From an uncultured Armatimonadia bacterium (GTDB taxonomy: Bacteria; Armatimonadota; Zipacnadia; CAVVLO01): DNA of 64,000 nucleotides. Numbering within the stretch: position 1 is the first letter of the stretch; each line of letters opens with the position of its first letter. A program made the position numbers and the translations under genes. The notes under the pieces were generated by a model. It had not been told where the DNA came from. It saw only the letters and a program-made list of their open reading frames with translations, and made no database searches. The DNA is taken from positions 352,001 through 416,000 of the forward strand of contig CAVVLO010000002.1 of NCBI GenBank assembly GCA_963749155.1, read 5' to 3'. Shown here one piece after another: positions 1-9,779 of the stretch.

Positions 1-762
1 CTCGCAGGTCTTCTGGGAATAGCCTGGCAGTTCGTCTTCCAGCACCAGCACCCGCGGTGTTTCGGGTTGGGCAAGTCCCTGGAGCGCCTCATCGGGCAGT
101 TCCAGTTCAACTCTGCGCACTGTCATATCCATCGCCCCTGCGAAAAGTCCAAGTTTGCCTTGTCGCAGCACATCGCTGCTTTGACCAACTGGATAACTGA
201 TACTCACGGTCTCCTGAGGGTTGGCGAGCGAGGTGACGCGGCCGGTGAGTCGCTCGGGAGAAAGCTCAAAATCGAAGCGATACCACTGGCCATAATGCCA
301 GTCGAGACCGCCTTCGGTCTCGGGTTCCAGCTTCGAGACAGGTCCCTGGGCCTGCCAATTCGCGCGCAGGTTCTCGACCAGCTCAAGCCTGTGGGTAGTG
401 AGGTCGGGGTCTTCTACGAACTCGAAGCGCCAGTAGTTGGAGCCATCCCGGTAGAGCGTCAGCCCTGCGACACCCCAGCCGGTAGAGCTAAGACGCTCGT
501 TAACTCGCAGCTCCACGGAAGCGCGCAAGTGCTTCACCCAGGGCATCCCCTTGGGCAGCACAATCGCATTTTCGCCAGCTAGCTTCAGCCCTTCGGAAGT
601 AAGTTCAGCCTGGCCTCCAAGCAGTCGCCATTGGAGCATCCCAGGCAACTCCATCAAAGTCTTGCCATCAGGTTTGGAGAAATCCTGGGTCACGGTAAGT
701 GACCACCCAGCCGCCGCCAGCAGGAGAGTGAAAAGCAAGGTAGAGAGCGCGAAGAGTCTCAT
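1..762 (-). CDS. Secreted protein of unknown function, probably beta-sandwich/lectin-like N-terminal domain (partial, runs off left edge)
   Basis: Not in the ORF track. Manual translation from ATG at 762 gives MRLFALSTLLFTLLLAAAGWSLTVTQDFS... (signal peptide) ...GWGVAGLTLYRDGSNYWRFEF...WYRFDFEL. SD AAGGAG at 772-777. Confidence 0.7.
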   Translation of the reverse strand, partial: MRLFALSTLLFTLLLAAAGWSLTVTQDFSKPDGKTLMELPGMLQWRLLGGQAELTSEGLKLAGENAIVLPKGMPWVKHLRASVELRVNERLSSTGWGVAGLTLYRDGSNYWRFEFVEDPDLTTHRLELVENLRANWQAQGPVSKLEPETEGGLDWHYGQWYRFDFELSPERLTGRVTSLANPQETVSISYPVGQSSDVLRQGKLGLFAGAMDMTVRRVELELPDEALQGLAQPETPRVLVLEDELPGYSQKTCE

Positions 763-839
763 TTGGCATAACTCCTTGGGGAAGCTTCCCCCTGGGTTAC
801 TAGTATGGCGCCGGAGTCTGACCCCCTGCCGTGGGAGAG

Positions 840-2891
<2,052 letters not shown>

Positions 2892-2904
2892 TCAACCCTC
2901 CGGA

Positions 2905-5154
2905 CTAAGCGGGTGAAAGCGGAGCAACACTTGCATCAAGTTTCTTTACGCCCTTGTCGGGGAAAGCCACCGTCACTACGCTGCCGCTGACGCTGACCAC
3001 GGTGCCCTGCCCGAAAGTGGCATGAACTACCAGGCTGCCAGGCTTGAAGCCAGCCGCCTCCGGCGAGGGAGGCTTACTGGAGGGCCTGGTCTGTTCGCCA
3101 TCTTGTTTACGACTACTCAGCACCGAGTTTAGGTCCAGCTTGCGTCCACTTGTTGGCGCCTCTTGCGTCCCGAACAGGCTGGCAGGCCTGCCACTACTTG
3201 AACGACCGCCTGAGAAAGCAGGAGAGGCGCGATCGAGCAGCTCTTCAGGCACCTCGGCCAGGAATCGCGAGGGCACCGATGGCTGAGCTCTGCCATATAT
3301 CATTCGGCGCGCGGCTGAACTGATATACAATTTGTCCATCGCCCGCGTCATCCCTACATAACAAAGGCGGCGTTCTTCTTCAAGACTTTGCGGATCATCC
3401 AGCGACCGTACATGCGGGCACAGCCCCTCTTCCATCCCAACCAGGAAGACGGTCGGAAACTCCAGCCCTTTCGCCGAATGCAGAGTCATAAGCCACAGCC
3501 GATCGGAGCCCGTATCTGCCCGGTCGAGATCTGTCATAAGCGCCAGATGCTCGAGGAAACCTGAAAGCCCCCCTTCAGGATTGCCTTCTTCAAACTGGGT
3601 AGCAACGTTTTCCAGCTCCTGCAGGTTCTCGATACGCTCCTCGGCATCGCTCGTGTGCTGCTCGCGCAGCCAGGTGAGGTAACCGCTGAGCTGCAAGGAT
3701 TGGCGCAGGAGCTTCGGCAACGATTTCTCCTCAGCGATATGCGCCTTCAATCCACCAATCAGCTTGACGAATTCCTCCAGGGCTTTCTGCTGTCTGGCTG
3801 CCAACTCGCCGGATTCGAGCAAAACTTGCAGGGCCGCCAGCATTGAGACACCAAGCTCTGTGGCCTTGGTCTCGATGAGGTCCAGCGTTGTCCTGCCGAT
3901 CCCACGTGGCGGTTCGTTGATGATGCGCTGGAGGCTGACATCGTCTCGCTCGTTGTGGGCCAGCCGCAGGTAGGCGACCGCGTCCTTTACCTCTTTACGG
4001 TCGTAGAAACGAAAACCGCCGACCAGCCGGTAGGGTATCTGCAGCCTGAGCAGCTGTTCTTCAAATTCGCGCGACTGGGCATTGGTGCGGAACAAGATGG
4101 CGAAGTCGGCGTATTTGGCCTCGTCCGTCCTCACCGCAGTCTGGATGGTGCTGAGCACGAAGCGGGCCTCATCCATCCCGTCCACCGCGTCATAGACCGT
4201 CACCGCTTCGTCCGATTGCCTGTCGGTCCAAAGCCTTTTGTCGGCGCGGTTGCGGTTCTTGCGTATGACATGCCAGGCGGCATCGAGGATAGGCTTCGTC
4301 GACCGGTAGTTACGCTCAAGCTTTATGGTGCGCGCCTCGGGGAAGTCCTTCTCGAACTCCAGCATCAGGCGCACATCGGCCCCGCGCCAGCGATAGATGC
4401 TTTGATCATCGTCGCCTACGACCGCCAGGTTGCGCCAGTGACTCGCGAGCGCCTTCACCAGTTCATACTGCGCCTGGTTGATATCCTGGAACTCGTCCAC
4501 CAGCACATAGCGGAACTTGGTCGAATACTTCTCGCGCACTTCTTTCGACTTGCGCAGCAACTCGACGGCCTTCCGTATCAGGTCGTCGAAATCTAGCGCC
4601 CCGCCCCGGCTGAGCAGTTCGTCATATTTGCGGTAGACCCGCGCCACCATCACGTCCATATACTCGCTGGCATATTCGGCAAACTCTGCAGGCCCCATCA
4701 GTTCGTTCTTGGCATCGCTTATGCGGTAGGAGACGGCGCGAGGCTCGAAGCGCTTGGCATCGAGATTGAGTTCCTGCAAGGCGCGCTTGATGGCCGAGAG
4801 TTTCTCGCTTTCATCATAGATGACGAATTCGGGTGGAATACCGATGGCCTCTCCTTCCATCCTGAGCAAGCGCGCGCAGGTAGCGTGGAAGGTGCCCGCC
4901 CACACATATTTGGCGGCTTCGGGCGAAAGCAACTGAGCCAGTCTGTGCTTGAGTTCGGCCGCGGCCTTGTTGGTGAAGGTGACCGCCAGGATTTCCGAAG
5001 GCCGGGCTTTTTCACAGGCGATAAGATGGGCGACCCTGTGGGTAAGGACGCGCGTCTTGCCCGAGCCTGCGCCTGCAAAAATGAGCAGCGGGCCATCGCC
5101 ATGGCTGCAGGCGTCGCGTTGCTCGTCATTAAGCCGGGAGAGGAGATCTGACAT
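2905..5154 (-). CDS. pcrA: ATP-dependent DNA helicase PcrA/UvrD
   Basis: AGAGSGKT, VDEFQD, GDDDQSIY, TLHSAKGLEF, EERRLCYVGMTRA and C-terminal Tudor-like domain. Start moved to ATG 5154 (MSDLL). Confidence 0.96.
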   Translation of the reverse strand: MSDLLSRLNDEQRDACSHGDGPLLIFAGAGSGKTRVLTHRVAHLIACEKARPSEILAVTFTNKAAAELKHRLAQLLSPEAAKYVWAGTFHATCARLLRMEGEAIGIPPEFVIYDESEKLSAIKRALQELNLDAKRFEPRAVSYRISDAKNELMGPAEFAEYASEYMDVMVARVYRKYDELLSRGGALDFDDLIRKAVELLRKSKEVREKYSTKFRYVLVDEFQDINQAQYELVKALASHWRNLAVVGDDDQSIYRWRGADVRLMLEFEKDFPEARTIKLERNYRSTKPILDAAWHVIRKNRNRADKRLWTDRQSDEAVTVYDAVDGMDEARFVLSTIQTAVRTDEAKYADFAILFRTNAQSREFEEQLLRLQIPYRLVGGFRFYDRKEVKDAVAYLRLAHNERDDVSLQRIINEPPRGIGRTTLDLIETKATELGVSMLAALQVLLESGELAARQQKALEEFVKLIGGLKAHIAEEKSLPKLLRQSLQLSGYLTWLREQHTSDAEERIENLQELENVATQFEEGNPEGGLSGFLEHLALMTDLDRADTGSDRLWLMTLHSAKGLEFPTVFLVGMEEGLCPHVRSLDDPQSLEEERRLCYVGMTRAMDKLYISSAARRMIYGRAQPSVPSRFLAEVPEELLDRASPAFSGGRSSSGRPASLFGTQEAPTSGRKLDLNSVLSSRKQDGEQTRPSSKPPSPEAAGFKPGSLVVHATFGQGTVVSVSGSVVTVAFPDKGVKKLDASVAPLSPA

Positions 5155-5164
5155 TGTGGCTCCG

Positions 5165-5173
5165 AGTATAGCA
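5165..5173 (-). promoter_or_regulatory. Extended -10 promoter element (TGcTATACT) upstream of pcrA
   Basis: Minus strand reads TGCTATACT 10 nt before the pcrA ATG, just downstream of the pyrG terminator. Confidence 0.5.
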
Positions 5174-5197
5174 CTTGCGGCCGGTGAGTGGCAGACG

Positions 5198-5229
5198 AAA
5201 ACGCGGCGCCCCACTCAGGCGACGCCGCG
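5198..5229 (-). terminator. Intrinsic terminator after pyrG
   Basis: CGCGGCGTC...GGCGCCGCG hairpin followed by TTTT on the minus strand. Confidence 0.65.
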
Positions 5230-5248
5230 CTCTGATGACCAAACAGGC

Positions 5249-6856
5249 TTACTTGCGGTCGAGGGCGGCCTTAACCAGCCCAACAAACAACGGGTGCGGC
5301 CGGTTGGGTCTGGACTTGAACTCAGGATGCCCTTGCGTTGCTATGAAATAGGGGTGGCCGGGCAACTCGATGAGTTCGACAAGTGCCCCGTCAGGAGTCG
5401 TGCCTGACAAGCTCAGTCCCTTACCTGTCAGCAGTTCTCGGTAGGTGTTGTTGAGTTCGTACCTGTGCCGGTGGCGTTCGGCGATGTCCACGTCACCGTA
5501 TAGGCGATGGGCCAGAGAGCCTTCTACCACTTTGCATCTCCACGAACCAAGACGCATCGTCCCCCCCAGGTCCGTGATGTCTATCTGAGACTCCAGCAAG
5601 TCAATCACAGGGTTGGTGGTATCAGGATTGAACTCGGTGCTATGAGCATCGGCAAGGCCACAAGCCTCGCGCGCAAATTCAATCACCGCGCACTGCATCC
5701 CCAGGCACAGCCCAAGGAAAGGCAACCCGGTCTTGCGCGCATAACCGATGGCCGATATCTTGCCCTCTATGCCTCGGTTGCCAAAACCGCCCGGCACCAG
5801 CAGCGCATCTACATCGCTCAGGACGTCTTCGCAGGAGAGCGCTTCCGGGCCCTCCAGCTTTTCGGCATCAATCCACTTGAGGTTCACCCGGGCCTCGTTG
5901 GCCGCTGCCGCGTGCTTGAAAGCCTCGATGATGCTCATATACGAGTCGCGCAGGTGGATATATTTGCCTACGATTGCGACAGAGAGCTCATGTTTTGGTT
6001 CCTTCGCCCGGCGCACGTAGTCCTTCCAGATGGTCAGGTCAGGCTCGCGCGCGTCCATATGGAGCCTGCGGCAGACCAGCTCGGCCATCCCCTGCTGCTC
6101 GAAGATAAGGGGTATCTCATACAGCTCTTCGGTGTCCAGGGCCTCGATAATGGCCTCGTCTTCCAGGTCGCAGAAGAGCGCAATCTTGCGGCGCATCTCC
6201 TTGTCCAGCGGCAACTTGGTGCGACAAATCAGCAGGTCGGGCTGGATACCTATCCCGCGCAGCTCGCGCACGCTGTGCTGGGTCGGCTTGGTCTTCATCT
6301 CGTTGCGCGGCCCGACGAAGGGGATTAGCGTCACGTGGATGAAAAGGACATTCTCATGCCCAACATCCCGGCGGAACTGGCGTATAGCTTCAAGATAAGG
6401 CTGGCTCTCGATGTCGCCGACCGTGCCGCCTATCTCGGTTATCTGGACCTCGGCATCGTTTTTGTCAGCCGATTCGACGATGCGGTTCTTTATCTCGTCG
6501 GTAATATGCGGGATGACCTGAACCGTCTGGCCCAGATAGTCTCCCTTGCGTTCGCGCGCGATGACCGAACCGTAGACTTTGCCGGTCGTCACGTTGGCGT
6601 CTTTGTCGAGGTTCAGGTCCACAAAACGCTCATAGTTGCCCAGGTCGAGATCGGTCTCCGCGCCATCATCGGTGACGAAGACCTCCCCATGCTGGAAGGG
6701 ATTCATCGTCCCCGCATCCCAGTTGAGGTAGGGGTCAATCTTCTGCAGGCTCACCTTGAAACCACGATTCTTGAGCAACCGCCCAAGGCTTGAACTGGTG
6801 ATTCCCTTACCGATTGAAGAGACCACACCGCCGGTTACGAAGACGTATTTACGCAT
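5249..6856 (-). CDS. pyrG: CTP synthase
   Basis: [35 protein letters not shown]. Confidence 0.99.
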   Translation of the reverse strand: MRKYVFVTGGVVSSIGKGITSSSLGRLLKNRGFKVSLQKIDPYLNWDAGTMNPFQHGEVFVTDDGAETDLDLGNYERFVDLNLDKDANVTTGKVYGSVIARERKGDYLGQTVQVIPHITDEIKNRIVESADKNDAEVQITEIGGTVGDIESQPYLEAIRQFRRDVGHENVLFIHVTLIPFVGPRNEMKTKPTQHSVRELRGIGIQPDLLICRTKLPLDKEMRRKIALFCDLEDEAIIEALDTEELYEIPLIFEQQGMAELVCRRLHMDAREPDLTIWKDYVRRAKEPKHELSVAIVGKYIHLRDSYMSIIEAFKHAAAANEARVNLKWIDAEKLEGPEALSCEDVLSDVDALLVPGGFGNRGIEGKISAIGYARKTGLPFLGLCLGMQCAVIEFAREACGLADAHSTEFNPDTTNPVIDLLESQIDITDLGGTMRLGSWRCKVVEGSLAHRLYGDVDIAERHRHRYELNNTYRELLTGKGLSLSGTTPDGALVELIELPGHPYFIATQGHPEFKSRPNRPHPLFVGLVKAALDRK

Positions 6857-6882
6857 ACGAAACTACTCCTTTTACTCTGAGT

Positions 6883-7676
6883 TCAAGCTGGTGGCCAGCG
6901 CCATATCCGGGCATCGCCTTTGCCAAGTGGCTCGGCGGCAATCATCAGTTCGAGTACAAGCGCCCGCGCCTGCCGCACTGCGTGCAGCAAGTCGACGCCC
7001 CGAGCGAGCAGGCCGGCAATTGCACTTGCAAGCGCGCATCCCGTGCCATGGACTTCGTAATCTACTTTGGGGCCGGACAGCTCCCATTTGCCTTCGGAGT
7101 TAACCAGCACATCTTCCAAGCCGCGCTCTCCCTGGTAGCTCTTAAGGAGCAAAGCTTCGACCCCGAGTGGTCTGAGCAATTCGAAATATTCTGCCGGGCT
7201 GGTTTGTTCCACCCCAGTGAGTAAAGTGGCTTCCCTTGGATTGGGGGTCACAAGTGTTGCGCGCGCAAGCAGGGGCGCAAGCACTGTGGCTAGAGAACCG
7301 CCCTCGGCCAGGCTGCCTCCCACCGTTGCCCCGCCACCGGATCGAGCACCAGGGGCGCCTTGCAGCGCGCAGCTTCAAGCGCCTCGGCGATAGCTTGGGC
7401 AATTGCGCCAGTGCCCACCGCGCCTACCTTTATGGCCGATATCACCAGGTCCTGGCAGACCGCCTCCACCTGGGCGTAGACCAGCTCGGGCTCCAGCGGG
7501 ACAAGCGTGAAAAACTGTTCGGTGGTCTGGACTGTAACCGCAGTCACTACACTTGCGGGATGGACGCCCAGACGATCCAGGATTCGTACATCGGCGGTGA
7601 GGCCAGCGCCGCCTCCAGGATCAGTGGCGGCGATTGCGAGCACAACAGGTGAGCTAGCGCTTTCGCCTTGTTTCAT
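6883..7676 (-). CDS. thiD: Hydroxymethylpyrimidine/phosphomethylpyrimidine kinase (ThiD family), split by a 1-nt frameshift near 7330
   Basis: N-half has IAATDPGGGAGLTAD, AIKVG, LVLDPV. C-half has LVTPN and HGTGCALASAI. Adding one G to the GGGG run joins the two ORFs. Confidence 0.8.
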
Positions 7677-7679
7677 CGG

Positions 7680-8489
7680 TTAACCTGGCGCCTGGCCGGA
7701 TAACAGTAGCTCCGGCAGATTGGCAATAGAATCCAAAATCCAGGTGGGGCTACTCTTGCCTCTCGCTGCGCGCGCCGCAGCTTCGCTTGTGCTTCCTGTA
7801 AGCACCAGGACAGAGGCCAGGCCTGCGTTCCCCGCTGCAAGAATATCTGTATCCAGCCGATCGCCAATCATTACAGCAGAAGCTTTTTCGACCCCGGCCT
7901 CGCGCACAATCTGAAGCAGCGAAGAGGCCTGGGGTTTACCATAAACTTTCGCGCGCGCCCCGCAGCAGTGTTCGAGGGCTGCGGCGACTGTCCCCCCGGC
8001 TGGTCTAGGCCCCTCATCTGAGGGAAAACTCCGGTCCTTGTTGCTCGCAACCAGCTTCGCGCCGTCCAGATAACACTGGTAGGCCTTCGCCAGCTTTACA
8101 TAGCTGAAGCGCGGATCGAAACCGGTCACCACATAGTCAGCTGGTGGTCCTGACACGAGTTCGAGCCCCACCAGTTCGAGTTCCTGTCTTAGTCCAGGCC
8201 CGCCGATTACAAAGGCGCGCTTGCCTGCGACACCCTTGCGCGCCAGTTGCCTGGCTGTCAGATAACCTGATGTATAGATTTCACTTTCCCTTGCGGGAAT
8301 CCCAAGCCGCCTGAGCTTGCGCGTGTAAGCGCGCCGGGTGCGATAAGAATTGTTGGTCATATATCTGATACCAAGGCCCGCTTCAATCAAGGCCCGCACA
8401 GCTTCTCCGGCTCCAGAGATGACCTTGTCTCCCAGATAGACCACACCATCCAGGTCAAGGATCACCAGCTTGAAGGCTTGCTTTACCAG
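7680..8489 (-). CDS. HAD-IIA (NagD-family) phosphatase
   Basis: DLDGVVY, TNNS, GKP, IGDRLDTDI. Start uncertain; a CTG at 8489 follows GGAG. Confidence 0.88.
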   Translation of the reverse strand: MVKQAFKLVILDLDGVVYLGDKVISGAGEAVRALIEAGLGIRYMTNNSYRTRRAYTRKLRRLGIPARESEIYTSGYLTARQLARKGVAGKRAFVIGGPGLRQELELVGLELVSGPPADYVVTGFDPRFSYVKLAKAYQCYLDGAKLVASNKDRSFPSDEGPRPAGGTVAAALEHCCGARAKVYGKPQASSLLQIVREAGVEKASAVMIGDRLDTDILAAGNAGLASVLVLTGSTSEAAARAARGKSSPTWILDSIANLPELLLSGQAPG

Positions 8490-8490
8490 G

Positions 8491-9084
8491 CTAGTCGCTC
8501 TCCTGCGAGGCCAGCGCTTCGCGCGCCTCTTCAGCTTCATCAGACTCGGGCGCCAGTTCAATCACGGCTTTGAAATGCTTCTCGGCTTCATCGAACCGCT
8601 CGAGCTCGGAGAAGAAATACCCCAGGTTGAGCCGAGGCACCGGGTCGGTTGGAGTCCGGCGAGCCGCTTCCTTATACTGCTCCAGAGCCTGTTCCATCTC
8701 GCCAAGCGCCTGCAATGCAAGCCCCAGATTGCAACGATAGAGCGCGCTGTTGGGATCGAGCTTGACCGCTTCTTCAAACTTCACGGCCGCCTGGTCATAT
8801 TGTTCGCTGTCGTAAAGGTCACTGCCTTCGTCGTTGAGCTGGTCAGCCTGGCTACCTGTCTTGCGTCCGGCTTCCTGCCTGGCTGCTTCCAGAGTCGCTC
8901 CAATCGGCGCGTCCTGGCCAGCCAGTTTGCGTCCACAGAAGGCGCAGAAGCTCCAGCTCTCATCAAGAGGCGCTCCACAACGCGCGCATACCGATCTAAG
9001 CCGTTGGCCACAGGCGGGACAGAAGACCCAGTTGCCTGCCACTTGCACCCCACATCCACTGCATGTCCGTGCCTCTGCGCTCAT
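8491..9084 (-). CDS. Double zinc-ribbon + TPR protein
   Basis: Four CxxC(G) motifs at the N-terminus and TPR repeats (AVKLDPNSALYRCNLG). Confidence 0.85.
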   Translation of the reverse strand: MSAEARTCSGCGVQVAGNWVFCPACGQRLRSVCARCGAPLDESWSFCAFCGRKLAGQDAPIGATLEAARQEAGRKTGSQADQLNDEGSDLYDSEQYDQAAVKFEEAVKLDPNSALYRCNLGLALQALGEMEQALEQYKEAARRTPTDPVPRLNLGYFFSELERFDEAEKHFKAVIELAPESDEAEEAREALASQESD

Positions 9085-9114
9085 ATTTATCCTCCAGTCT
9101 GCCTGGCCTGAAAG

Positions 9115-9603
9115 CTAGCCGAACAATTCTTTTGCCTTCTCGGCGAAGGTGCGCCCGAGTTTCTCGCAGCGCTCAGCGTCAAAGCCCTGAGGCGCCTGGC
9201 GCGATACTGCGCCAAAGTGGGTGGGAGGCGTCCCGTTAACTACGCCCCCTGTGTAGATGACCATACCTTTAATCAGCATCGCAGCTATAAGGGCGAACTC
9301 CACCAGCTCGTATCCACCCCCGCCAGGCCACGCCGCCGAGGCAAAAGCTGTGCCCAGCTTGCCGTTGAAATCAGCCCGGAAGGTATCTGTGAACTGCTTC
9401 ATCTGCCAGCTCATCGTTCCATAATAGGTCGGGCTGCCCATGGCGATGGCGTCAGCTGCCGCAATCTGGTCTGCTGTTACTTCACTAATCGAGGCCATCT
9501 CGGCCTCTACGCCTTCGACCCCGGCAGCGCCGCTCGTTATTAGTTCTGCCATCTTGCGCGTGTTGCCGGTATCCGAATGGTAAATAACCAAAACTTTGGC
9601 CAT
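9115..9603 (-). CDS. Flavodoxin / WrbA-like FMN protein
   Basis: KVLVIYHSDTGNT, GSPTYYG. SD GAGGTG at 9610-9615. Confidence 0.9.
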   Translation of the reverse strand: MAKVLVIYHSDTGNTRKMAELITSGAAGVEGVEAEMASISEVTADQIAAADAIAMGSPTYYGTMSWQMKQFTDTFRADFNGKLGTAFASAAWPGGGGYELVEFALIAAMLIKGMVIYTGGVVNGTPPTHFGAVSRQAPQGFDAERCEKLGRTFAEKAKELFG

Positions 9604-9616
9604 ATTACGCACCTCG

Positions 9617-9676
9617 CGTAGTTAAGGGATTGGTTCTTGGTGGAGACCGACCTTGCCTGCAGTCGGTCCGTATACG
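9617..9676 (-). ncRNA. Purine (guanine/2'-dG)-riboswitch-like aptamer, variant or degenerate
   Basis: CGUA-UAC-[22 nt, GG at offsets 13-14]-GUCUCCAC-[17 nt, CC at offsets 7-8]-AC-UACG, matching the purine aptamer core layout. P2 and P3 pairing is weak. Confidence 0.55.
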
Positions 9677-9683
9677 GGTTCTC

Positions 9684-9713
9684 ACTATACAGCCGCAGCA
9701 AGCACCGGGTCAA
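9684..9713 (-). promoter_or_regulatory. sigma70-type promoter for the flavodoxin operon
   Basis: TTGACC-N18-TATAGT on the minus strand. Confidence 0.55.
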
Positions 9714-9779
9714 CCCAAAAGAGGAGCAACCAGTCGTTGGGCTAATCCTTTTCAAAGCACTTATGGCTGGAGGCTAACA

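Noticed and set aside
7673..7867. 64-aa minus-strand ORF overlapping the HAD gene
   Set aside because: Alternative frame within a well-supported gene.
9644..9668. GACCGAC/GTCGGTC hairpin as an intrinsic terminator
   Set aside because: No U-tract on either strand and it lies between divergent genes; better treated as part of the leader RNA.
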